In this document: positions 1 to 8,507 of the stretch, in pieces | Layout of the letters: each line of letters opens with the position of its first letter | Position numbering within the stretch: the stretch's first letter is position 1 | Source: Candidatus Bipolaricaulia bacterium | GTDB taxonomy: Bacteria > Bipolaricaulota > Bipolaricaulia > RBG-16-55-9 | NCBI GenBank assembly: GCA_042219045.1 | Contig: JBDGQO010000049.1 | Span: 20,731 to 84,730 of the forward strand | Reading direction: 5' to 3' | DNA length: 64,000 bases | Position numbers and translations under genes: made by a program | The notes under the pieces: generated by a model | Databases searched by the model: none | The model's input: the letters and a program-made list of their open reading frames with translations, nothing else | What the model was told of the DNA's origin: nothing

Positions 1-921
1 CTGTTCGGCAAGATCTTCATCAATCCGGGTGACCACGTGGCGGTGGAACGGCCCACGTTCTTGGGCGCGCTCCAGGCCTGGAAGGCCTATCAAGCCGAGT
101 ACTTGACGGTCCCCGTCGACGACGAGGGCATGAAGGTCGACGAACTCGACGAGGTCCTACGGCACGGCCCGAAGTTCCTCTACACCATGCCGACGTTCCA
201 CAACCCGGCCGGCGTGACGCTCTCGCCCAAGCGGCGCGAGATACTTTTGGAGTTGGCCGACCAGTACGGCGTGCCGGTGGTGGAGGATGATCCCTACGGC
301 AAGCTCCGCTATTCCGGCGAGCCCCAGAGCCCGCTTGTGGCCCTGGACGGGCGCCGCTACGCGACATCCGACGAGGGCAACGTGCTCTATCTCGGCACGT
401 TCTCCAAGACGCTCTCGCCCGGTCTCAGGTTGGGCTGGGCGCTGGCGCCCAAGGACGTCATCCGCCGCATGGTCCAAGCCAAGCAGGGCGCCGATCTGCA
501 CACGAGCACGTTCTCCCAGATGGTGGCGTACGAGGTCGCCCGTGACGGCTTCATCGACGAGCACGCCGAGCGGATCCGCTCGGTCTATCGCGAGCGCCGC
601 GACGCGATGCTGAGCGCCATCGCGGAGAGCTTTCCGGAGGGCGTGGAATGGACGCACCCCGAGGGTGGCCTGTTCCTGTGGGTTACGCTTCCCGAGCAGA
701 TTGATGCGGCGGAGCTGCTCGAGACAGCGGTGGAGATGGAAAAGGTCGCGTTCGTGCCCGGTCACACGCTCGATCCCACGGAACGGACTCGCAACACGAT
801 GCGGCTCAACTTCTCCTACGCCAACGTCGAGTTGATCGAGGACGGCATGGAGCGCCTCGGTCGGGTGCTGAATCGCGAGTTGGCCGACAAGGCGCCGAGC
901 GCGGCCCAAGCATCCGATTGA
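1..921 (+). CDS. PLP-dependent aminotransferase, class I/II (ARO8/LysN-like), 5'-truncated by the window edge
   Basis: Frame 1 is open from base 1 (LFGKIFINPGDHVAVERPTF...) into ORF 37..921. Motifs HNPAG, YLGTFSKTLSPGLRLGW (PLP-lysine region) and RLNFS are typical of this family. Confidence 0.85.
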   Translation: MFGKIFINPGDHVAVERPTFLGALQAWKAYQAEYLTVPVDDEGMKVDELDEVLRHGPKFLYTMPTFHNPAGVTLSPKRREILLELADQYGVPVVEDDPYGKLRYSGEPQSPLVALDGRRYATSDEGNVLYLGTFSKTLSPGLRLGWALAPKDVIRRMVQAKQGADLHTSTFSQMVAYEVARDGFIDEHAERIRSVYRERRDAMLSAIAESFPEGVEWTHPEGGLFLWVTLPEQIDAAELLETAVEMEKVAFVPGHTLDPTERTRNTMRLNFSYANVELIEDGMERLGRVLNRELADKAPSAAQASD

Positions 922-966
922 GCAACGGCTCCGTGCGCTCAACTTGATGGAGAGGAGGTGCGACCC

Positions 967-1176
967 ATGAAGGCACAGACGCGAACCGAACGCGCCCGAG
1001 AGTGCTGTCCGTATCTGGGCGCCTATGCCGAGAGCCGTGGCATCGTCTTGGGACGCTTCTGTCGCCATCCGCAGAACCTGGATGCGAAGGGCCGACTGCG
1101 GCTCGACAGCCTGAATTGCGGCGAGTGGGAGGCTTGTCCCCGAACCCGCGACCAGCTGCAGCGGGCTTACCGCTAG
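967..1176 (+). CDS. Hypothetical small Cys-rich protein (69 aa)
   Basis: SD-like GGAGAGGAGGTG lies about 8 nt upstream of ATG 967 (the track ORF starts at in-frame GTG 958). GC3-rich codons and six Cys (CC..C..C..C). No family recognised. Confidence 0.45.
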   Translation: MKAQTRTERARECCPYLGAYAESRGIVLGRFCRHPQNLDAKGRLRLDSLNCGEWEACPRTRDQLQRAYR

Positions 1177-1616
1177 CGGATCCGCACTGGGCGCAAGTTG
1201 AGGGCCTCGAAGGCCTCCACGAGCGCGCCGGCGTCCCAGCCTTGGAGCCGGAACAGATGGCTCCGGCAGCGGCAGTCGCTTGCGCCGAAGCCGTCGACGG
1301 CTCGAACCGCACGGCGTGACAGCTCGTCCGCTAGCGCGCACTCGGCGTCGGGATCCGACGTCTCAGCCGTGAGGGCATCCACCCGTCGGCTGAGGCCGAG
1401 CAGATAGTCGACGTGCCAGCGGCGCGAGGCGCGCGCCCCGGACGCAACGTCTTGATGACGAGCGACTCGACTTGCCAGGCCGCCCGTGCCTTGCGCGGAC
1501 CCGACGTAGACGTAGACGCCGTTGAACGCTTGCAGGCCGAGCCTCCCTACCGTTGTCTCTCCGTAGGCTTCCACCAATAAACCGTAAATGCCTTTCATCG
1601 CCATCGATGGCTCCAT
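1173..1616 (-). CDS. DUF123 domain protein (GIY-YIG/Uri-like nuclease superfamily)
   Basis: GIYGLLVEAY, VYVYVGSA, RWHVDYLL and GFGASDCRCRSHLF match the conserved DUF123 pattern. Start placed at internal ATG 1614-1616, because the upstream part of ORF 1173..1862 runs into the divergent regulator gene. Confidence 0.8.
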   Translation of the reverse strand: MEPSMAMKGIYGLLVEAYGETTVGRLGLQAFNGVYVYVGSAQGTGGLASRVARHQDVASGARASRRWHVDYLLGLSRRVDALTAETSDPDAECALADELSRRAVRAVDGFGASDCRCRSHLFRLQGWDAGALVEAFEALNLRPVRIR

Positions 1617-1785
1617 GCTTAAAGTCGGACTCTGGATGCGCCACACATCGGCCCAAGTTCGCAGCCTAGGCGTCATCAGCCACCCCGCAGCTCGGTGCAC
1701 CTGTGACATGCCCCAGCATTGGGACAACATCGCGCCATCATGGTAAGTTGTGATGGAAAAGGCGTGCGACAAGGGGTTGGGTGCC

Positions 1786-4700
1786 ATGCAACGGCTGCAT
1801 CTCTTCGGCCAGCCCGAGTTGTTCGATGCGACGGGCCGGCCCGTATCCGTGCGGACGTCCACGTCGCTGCACTTGTTGGCGTATCTGTGGCGGTATCGCG
1901 GCGAGGCGCACGCCCGGATGCGCGTGGCCGCCCAACTTTGGCCGGAGACCGAAGAATCCCGGGCTCGGCAGAACCTCCGCCAGGCGCTCCATCACCTCCG
2001 GCAACTCCTGGATCTCCCGGATGACGGCGGTGCCTACCTCGATGTCGATCGACAGACCATCCGCATGCGGGCCGACACGCCGCTCTGGGCCGACGTGGAT
2101 GCCTTTGAAGGGCACCTCCACCAAGCCGAGGACGGCGACGACGCCGATCGCGTGCAGCATCTCGAGGCGGCGGTCGCGTTCTATCGCGGCGATTTTCTAG
2201 AGAGCAGCGACGAGGACTGGGCCATCGAGGAACGTGAATTCCTGAAGATGCGCTACGTCGAGGCTCTGGACGGGTTGATCGATCTGTGCATTCGACAGGG
2301 GCGCAGAGAGGACGCCATCACCTATGCTGAGCGCATCCTCGCCCAGCATCCGTTGCGCGAGGACGTCCATCGTCGCCTCATGGCCCTGTATTACGAGCGC
2401 GGCGATCGCAGCTCGGCGTTGGCCCAATACCGGCGCCTCCATCAACAGCTCGACGTGGACCTCGACATTTCGCCCGACCGGGAGACCGAGCGGCTCTATC
2501 GGGTGATCGAAGCCAACGCCCCGCTCGGCGGCGTTGGCCCCAAGGACACGCCGAAAACGCCGTCCAACCTGCCCCATCTGTTGACCCGCTTCCACGGACG
2601 GGACGAGGACGTGGAGACCATTGCCAACTGGCTGGAGGCTCAACGGCTCGTCACGCTCACGGGCGTCGGCGGCTGCGGCAAGACGCGTTCGGCCGTTGAG
2701 GCTGGCCATAGGCTGAGGGAGCGCTTCGCCGATGGCGTCTGGTTCGTCGACCTGGCGCCGTTGACGGACCCGCATTGGATTCCGCAGGCGATCGCCTCCA
2801 CGCTCAACCTCGCCCAGACGAAGATCCAGGCCCTCACGGACGAGCTCATCGAGCACCTCCGCGAGACGCGGACCCTGTTGATTCTGGACAACTGCGAGCA
2901 CCTCATCGACGCCAGCGCGCGCCTGGCACAGCGTCTGTTGGAGGCGTGCCCCCATCTGGCGATCGTTGCCACCAGCCGCGAGGCCTTCCATCTGTCGGGC
3001 GAGCGGGTGTGGAACGTCCGGCCGTTGGCGGTTCCGGAGCTTCCCATATCGCGCGACGAGTTGACCGAATTTGCCATCGTCCAGCTCTTTCTCGAGCGGG
3101 CGCGGGGTCTTTGCCCCGACTTTCGGCTGACCGACGCGAACGCCGCGGCCGTGGCGAGGATCTGTCGAGCGTCGGAGGGCATCCCTTTGGCGGTCGAGCT
3201 GGCGGTCACGTGGCTTCGTGTCCTCTCAGTGGGCGAGATCGCGGAGAGGTTGGGGGCCGATCCGGACCTGTTGACCGCGCAGACGCGCGACGTGCCGCCC
3301 CGGCATCGCAGCATGCGCGCCGTCTTCGAGCACTCCTGGAACCTGCTGTCCGAGCGGAGCCAGGCGTTGTTTCGCCGGCTTTCCGTGTTCCGTGGCGGCT
3401 TCACGCGCAAGGCCGCGGAGGAGGTGGCCGGGGCGTCGCTGATGCAACTCGCCGCGCTGCTGGACCAGTCGCTGTTGGAGCGGCGCGCGGACGGCCGGTA
3501 CGTGTGCCACGAGCTCTTGCGCCAGTTCGGCGAGGCCAAGTTGGCGGCATGCGAGGAGACCGACGAGGTGCGCCGTCGGCATCTGGCGTTCTTCCTCGCG
3601 TTGGCCGAGCGCGCCGAAACGGAGCTGGCCGGAGCGAACCAGGGCGAATGGCTGCGCTGTCTTACGGATGAACTGGACAATCTGCGCGCGGCGTTGGCGT
3701 GGGCCCTCGAGACCGACCGAGCCGAGGAGGCGCTGCGCCTGGTGACCGCGCTGGGGCGATTTTGGGGGCTGCGCGCCTACCTGAGCGAAGGGCGCCAGTG
3801 GCTGGATCGGGCGCTGCAGCAACTACAGCAAGCCGAGCCGGCCACGCAGGCGAAAGCGCTCCACCAAGCGGGCGAACTGGCCTGGCGCCAGGGCGACTAC
3901 GCGACGGCCGAGACCTATCAGCAACGGAGCCTGGCCCGCTACCGCGAACTGGGCGACGACGTCGGGGCATCGCAGTCGCTGGTCGGGCTCGGTCGCACGG
4001 CGCAGGAGCTGGGACACCTCGATCGGGCCCGTGAGCTGTTCGAGGAGGGCCTCAGCATCGAGCGCGAACGCGGCGACCAATGGGGCATGGCTCGGGCGCT
4101 CGGCAACCTGGGCGAGGTGACCCTGGAACAAGGCGACCCGGAGGCAGCCCGTGATTCCCTTGGGCAGAGCCTGGAGATGTTGCGTGAGGCGGGCGATCGG
4201 TCGGGCGAGTGCAACGTCCTGAACAAGCTCGGCTACGTGGCGAGCGTCCAGGGGGATGTCGACGGGGCCCGTTCCTATCTCAACGAAAGCCTCGCCATTG
4301 CGCGCCAGGTGGACGACCAGCGGGGCATTGCGATGGCGCTCGGCAACCTGGGCAACCTGGCCTTGGAGCAAGCGGAATGGGACCGAGCCCGGGCGTCGCT
4401 CAGCGAGATTGCGGAAATCTTCCGCGAGATGAACGATCGTCGCAACCTTTACGTGGCGCTCAACAAGCTCGGCCAAGTCGAGCTGGCGCGCGACGACGTG
4501 GCCGAGGCGAGGAGGCATTTCGACGAAGCCCTGGCGATCTGTCGTCGAATCGACGATCAGCTCGGCATTGCCGAGGTCCTCTGCGGCCTGGCGGAGACGG
4601 TTCGCCGAGACGGGCATGATCGGAACGCAGCCCGGCTCCAGGGGGCGATCATGGCGCTGCTCGAGCAGGTCGGGGCCTCGCTGCAAGCGCACGAACGACG

Positions 4701-4818
4701 GCTCTTCGAGGGCACCCAGTCGTCGCTGATGTCGGAACTCGGCGGAGCTGCTTATCAGGACGAGGCGGGCCAGGGACGGGCAGAGGGCTTTGCCTCGCTC
4801 GTGGACGCTGGAGCTTGA
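1786..4818 (+). CDS. SARP/AfsR-family transcriptional regulator: winged-helix + BTAD + NB-ARC (STAND) ATPase + TPR repeats
   Basis: N-terminal OmpR-like/BTAD region (LHLFG..., YRGDFL, LMALYYERGDRSSALAQYRRL). Walker A GVGGCGKT and LILDNCEH (Walker B), followed by more than 8 TPR-like repeats (ALGNLG.., GD..GA..). ATG 1786 is preferred over track start GTG 1750 (AAGGGG upstream). Confidence 0.85.
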   Translation: MQRLHLFGQPELFDATGRPVSVRTSTSLHLLAYLWRYRGEAHARMRVAAQLWPETEESRARQNLRQALHHLRQLLDLPDDGGAYLDVDRQTIRMRADTPLWADVDAFEGHLHQAEDGDDADRVQHLEAAVAFYRGDFLESSDEDWAIEEREFLKMRYVEALDGLIDLCIRQGRREDAITYAERILAQHPLREDVHRRLMALYYERGDRSSALAQYRRLHQQLDVDLDISPDRETERLYRVIEANAPLGGVGPKDTPKTPSNLPHLLTRFHGRDEDVETIANWLEAQRLVTLTGVGGCGKTRSAVEAGHRLRERFADGVWFVDLAPLTDPHWIPQAIASTLNLAQTKIQALTDELIEHLRETRTLLILDNCEHLIDASARLAQRLLEACPHLAIVATSREAFHLSGERVWNVRPLAVPELPISRDELTEFAIVQLFLERARGLCPDFRLTDANAAAVARICRASEGIPLAVELAVTWLRVLSVGEIAERLGADPDLLTAQTRDVPPRHRSMRAVFEHSWNLLSERSQALFRRLSVFRGGFTRKAAEEVAGASLMQLAALLDQSLLERRADGRYVCHELLRQFGEAKLAACEETDEVRRRHLAFFLALAERAETELAGANQGEWLRCLTDELDNLRAALAWALETDRAEEALRLVTALGRFWGLRAYLSEGRQWLDRALQQLQQAEPATQAKALHQAGELAWRQGDYATAETYQQRSLARYRELGDDVGASQSLVGLGRTAQELGHLDRARELFEEGLSIERERGDQWGMARALGNLGEVTLEQGDPEAARDSLGQSLEMLREAGDRSGECNVLNKLGYVASVQGDVDGARSYLNESLAIARQVDDQRGIAMALGNLGNLALEQAEWDRARASLSEIAEIFREMNDRRNLYVALNKLGQVELARDDVAEARRHFDEALAICRRIDDQLGIAEVLCGLAETVRRDGHDRNAARLQGAIMALLEQVGASLQAHERRLFEGTQSSLMSELGGAAYQDEAGQGRAEGFASLVDAGA

Positions 4819-4893
4819 GCGTTGTTGCCGCTGCACGCGCCCCCTGGCTACACTTGACCCATCTCCACATGAAACCGCCCGAGGAGGCCTGAC

Positions 4894-5790
4894 ATGCCTG
4901 ACCGCTTGATCGTACTCAACAAGGACGAGGACACCGTCTCATTTGTCGACGTCGACAGCGGGGCGACGATCCAGAAGATCGACGTCGGCCATCATCCCCA
5001 CGAAGTGGAAACCGTCCCTGAAGAGAACCTCTGCTACGTCTCCAACGCGCTGGAGGGCGACGTCTCGGTCATCGATACGGAGGCGATGGAGGAGACCGAG
5101 CGAATCGAGCATCCCGAGTTCGTCTTCCCGCACGACATCAAGGTCTCGCCCGATCGGTCCAAGCTCTATCTGGCGTCGACGCACGCCCACAAGGTCTTCA
5201 TCTTCGAGCGCCCGTCGCACGATGTTGTCAAGGTGCTCAAGACGGGCCAACGCCTCTCGCACATGTTGGACCCCATGCCGGATTGGAGTCGCGTCTACGT
5301 GCCGAATATCGGCTCGAACACGCTGTCGGTGTTGAATCCGTCGACTGACGAAATCGAGATGCACGTCTCCGTCGGCAAGGGACCGGAAGGCGTCTCCGTC
5401 CATCCCGGTGGCGAGTTTTTATACGTCGCCAACCAAGACGAGAACAACCTTTACGTGCTCAGCACCGAGCACCACGGCGTCCTCGCCAAGCATCCCATCG
5501 GGACGACCCCCGTGCGGATGGTCTTCTCGCCCGACGGGACGTACGCGTTCGTGCCCAACCGCGAGTCGCACGACGTCTCCGTCATCGACACGTCTCGTCA
5601 TTGGGAGATCAAGCGGCTGCCTGTGGGGCGTTGGCCGGGCGGCGTCGTGTTCAGCCCGACTGGCGAACGGGCCTACGTCGCCAACAACAAGACGAACGAC
5701 GTCTCCGTCATCGACGTGGGCACGCTGAAGGAGATCGAGCGGTTCGACGTCGGCATCCATCCCGATGGAATCGGCTATCTGTTCCATTGA
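4894..5790 (+). CDS. YVTN-family beta-propeller repeat protein (YncE-like)
   Basis: Repeated units ...YV.N....VSVID... about every 40-45 aa (LCYVSNALEGDVSVID, LYVANQDENNLYVLS, AFVPNRESHDVSVID, AYVANNKTNDVSVID). No obvious signal peptide. Confidence 0.8.
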   Translation: MPDRLIVLNKDEDTVSFVDVDSGATIQKIDVGHHPHEVETVPEENLCYVSNALEGDVSVIDTEAMEETERIEHPEFVFPHDIKVSPDRSKLYLASTHAHKVFIFERPSHDVVKVLKTGQRLSHMLDPMPDWSRVYVPNIGSNTLSVLNPSTDEIEMHVSVGKGPEGVSVHPGGEFLYVANQDENNLYVLSTEHHGVLAKHPIGTTPVRMVFSPDGTYAFVPNRESHDVSVIDTSRHWEIKRLPVGRWPGGVVFSPTGERAYVANNKTNDVSVIDVGTLKEIERFDVGIHPDGIGYLFH

Positions 5791-5793
5791 TGC

Positions 5794-6537
5794 CTATCCC
5801 CTGAGCAGCACCTGGAACGCGATCATCGCCAACGTCGCGATCGTCACCGTCACGGCGACGGTGTTGCGAGAGGCGTCTCCAATCGCTTCCGGGATCAGTT
5901 CGGAGAAGACCATCCAGAGCATCGCGCCGGCCGCGAAGCCCAGCCCCACGGGCAGCACGGGCCGGAACGTCTCGACCAACAGGAAGGCGGGAACGGCCAT
6001 GAGCGGCTGCGGCAGGCTGGAGAAGACGCTCCATCCGGCGGCCTTCCAGGTGGCGACGCCGCGCGGGATCAACACCAGGCTGATCGCCAATCCTTCGGGG
6101 ATATTGTGCACGGCAATCGCGATGGTGACGAACAGCCCCAGCGCCTCGCCGCCCCCGAACGAGACCCCGACGCCGACGCCCTCGGTAAACGAGTGCACGG
6201 TCATGACGCCGACGATGAGCAGCGCCTTGCGCGCATCTACGCCCCGCAGCGCCCCCAAGGTCAACTCCTCGTCAGCGTCGAGGCGGCTTTTGGTCCAGAC
6301 GATAAAGCCCAAGCCGATGAGCGCGCCGAGCATCACGCGGCTGAGCCCGACGTCGAGGCCCTCCTGGAGCAGGCCGAAGCTGGCGCCGAGCATGAGGCCG
6401 GAGGCAAGGGCATTGGCGATGCCGAGTAAGCGGCGGGTGAGCCCGCGCGTGAGGGCAAAGGGGAGCGCACCCAGGCCCGTCGCGATCGCCGTCAGCGACG
6501 CGAACCAGAGCACGTCCCACGCCGATACCTGGGCCAT
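5794..6537 (-). CDS. ZIP-family divalent metal (zinc) transporter
   Basis: Multi-TM protein with the HNIPEGLAI signature and HSFTEGVGVG, as in ZupT/GufA-type ZIP permeases. Confidence 0.85.
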   Translation of the reverse strand: MAQVSAWDVLWFASLTAIATGLGALPFALTRGLTRRLLGIANALASGLMLGASFGLLQEGLDVGLSRVMLGALIGLGFIVWTKSRLDADEELTLGALRGVDARKALLIVGVMTVHSFTEGVGVGVSFGGGEALGLFVTIAIAVHNIPEGLAISLVLIPRGVATWKAAGWSVFSSLPQPLMAVPAFLLVETFRPVLPVGLGFAAGAMLWMVFSELIPEAIGDASRNTVAVTVTIATLAMIAFQVLLRG

Positions 6538-6671
6538 GGGGCGAGTGTAGCGACGAGCGTCCGAGGCAACGATGACAGCCGTCGTGAGCCTGAGTCCGAC
6601 GGGGGCTCATCCCATGTTTGATCGCCGCCGTTGTGCGATTGCTTCGGCCTCTGGCACAATGATTTTATCCT

Positions 6672-7721
6672 ATGAGCCATTCCAGCATGCACGCCGTTGT
6701 CAAAGCGGAGTCGAGCGCCGGCCTCACGATGCGCGAGGTTCCCGTTCCGGAGATCGGCCCCCAGGACGTGCTCGTCAGCGTCAAGGCGTGCTCGATCTGC
6801 GGAACCGATCTCCACATCCACCGCTGGGATCCGTGGGCCCAGGATCGCCTGGATCCCCCGTTGGTCGTCGGCCACGAGGCCTGCGGCGAGATTGCGGACG
6901 TCGGCCGCGACGTGACGTCCGTCAAGGAAGGCGATCTCGTCTCGCTGGAGAGCCACGTCGTCTGCGGCACTTGTGACATGTGCCTGACGGGCCGTGGGCA
7001 CCTCTGTCGGAACACGAGCATCCTGGGCGTCGATCGCGATGGCGTGTTCGCCGACTACGTGGCCGTGCCCGCGCTCAACGCCTGGCCCGATCCGCCGGGG
7101 ATGCCCTTCGAAATCGCCTCGCTTCAGGAAAACTTCGGCAACGCCGTCCACACGGCGTTCACGGTCGATCTGCGAGCCCGAAAGGTTCTCGTGACGGGCT
7201 GCGGCCCCGTGGGCATCATGGCCATCGCCGTGGCGAAGGCGATCGGCGCGCGCTCGGTCTACGCGACCGACGTGAGCGACTATCGCCTCCAACTGGCCCG
7301 GGACATGGGCGCCGACGGCACGTTCAACGACGGCGAGGTCAACACCGTCGATGCGGTCATGGAGGCGACCGAGGGCGAGGGCGTCGACGTGCTGTTGGAG
7401 ATGTCCGGCGCGCCGGGGGCCGTTCGCGAGGGATTCGAGCTGATCAAGCCCGGCGGCGAGGCGGCGCTTTTGGGCCTGCCCGGCGAGGCCATGTCCTTCG
7501 ACTTCGACAATCTCCTGATCTTCAAGGGCATCAAGGCCCATGGCGTCATCGGTCGCAAGCTTTGGGAGACGTGGTTCCAGGCGCGAGGCCTGCTGCGCTC
7601 CGGCGCCGTCAACCTCCAACCGATCGTGACGCACCGGTTCCCGCTTGCCGACTATGAGGACGCGTTCGCGCTGATGGAATCCGGCGACTGCGGGAAGGTC
7701 GTGCTGCTGCCGGCGGAGTGA
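6672..7721 (+). CDS. tdh: L-threonine 3-dehydrogenase
   Basis: The N-terminus aligns with Tdh (EVPVPEIGPQDVLVSVKACSICGTDLHIHRWDPWAQ, VVGHEACGEI; GCGPVG NAD fold). Alternative start ATG 6687 (MHAVVKAE). Confidence 0.85.
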   Translation: MSHSSMHAVVKAESSAGLTMREVPVPEIGPQDVLVSVKACSICGTDLHIHRWDPWAQDRLDPPLVVGHEACGEIADVGRDVTSVKEGDLVSLESHVVCGTCDMCLTGRGHLCRNTSILGVDRDGVFADYVAVPALNAWPDPPGMPFEIASLQENFGNAVHTAFTVDLRARKVLVTGCGPVGIMAIAVAKAIGARSVYATDVSDYRLQLARDMGADGTFNDGEVNTVDAVMEATEGEGVDVLLEMSGAPGAVREGFELIKPGGEAALLGLPGEAMSFDFDNLLIFKGIKAHGVIGRKLWETWFQARGLLRSGAVNLQPIVTHRFPLADYEDAFALMESGDCGKVVLLPAE

Positions 7722-7724
7722 TCC

Positions 7725-7741
7725 AGTCCGCTAAGCGGGCT
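7725..7741. terminator. Small hairpin between convergent tdh and the CBS gene (possible bidirectional terminator)
   Basis: AGTCCGC-TAA-GCGGGCT: 7-bp stem including one G-U pair, no U-tract. Confidence 0.2.
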
Positions 7742-7751
7742 CAAGCCTGGG

Positions 7752-8417
7752 TTACGTCTGGGACGTCGTCTGGGAGTCGAGGACCGTGATGCCGTGGTCT
7801 TTGAGATCCTGGACGATGCCGCGCCAGTCGAAGTGGTCGATGCGCAGCACGATGACGTCGTGCTCGTCGCTGCTGCGGCATTCCTCGCAACTGATGATGC
7901 TGACGACGTTGGCGTCATGGCCCCTCAGGATCTCCAGCGCCTCCGACAGCGAGCCGGGTCGGTCCTCCAGCTCGAGCGTGAGCCGCGTGCCGTCCTGGTC
8001 GATGCCGAGCGCCTCGATGAGCACGTCGAAGATGTCGGACTCGGTGATCACGCCGACGAGCTGATCCTCGTCCTCAACGACGGGCAGCCCGCCGATGCGG
8101 TGCTTGCGCATCAGCATCGCGGCCTTCTCGATGGTGTCATCGGGCGAGACGGCCACGATGTCCTCCACAGGCGTCATCACCTCGCCGATGGTGATGCGGG
8201 CGAGCAGGTAATTGAGCTCCCAGATGCTGAGCGAGGTCGCGCCGGAGGGCCCGGCTTCCTGGATGTCACCCTGCGAGGCGAGACCGACCAAGCGGCCGTC
8301 CTCGACGATGGGAAGACGGCGGATCATGTGCTGCTTCATCGTGTCGCGCGCTTCCATGATGGGCGTGTCCGGATGGGCAGTGACGGCGTCGTCGGTCATC
8401 CACATGCGAACAAACAA
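7752..8417 (-). CDS. CBS-pair plus ACT domain protein (AcuB-like)
   Basis: Two CBS motifs (IRRLPIVEDGRLVGLASQGDI; HRIGGLPVVEDEDQLVGVITESDI) and a C-terminal ACT-like segment (LELEDRPGSLSEALEIL). Confidence 0.8.
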   Translation of the reverse strand: MFVRMWMTDDAVTAHPDTPIMEARDTMKQHMIRRLPIVEDGRLVGLASQGDIQEAGPSGATSLSIWELNYLLARITIGEVMTPVEDIVAVSPDDTIEKAAMLMRKHRIGGLPVVEDEDQLVGVITESDIFDVLIEALGIDQDGTRLTLELEDRPGSLSEALEILRGHDANVVSIISCEECRSSDEHDVIVLRIDHFDWRGIVQDLKDHGITVLDSQTTSQT

Positions 8418-8507
8418 GGCCGAGTGCCTCCTCTTTCAACTCGATAGCGATATCATAGGAGAATAGGGAAACGCGCGTCCTGTGCCAATGATGTATGTCA
8501 GGACGCC

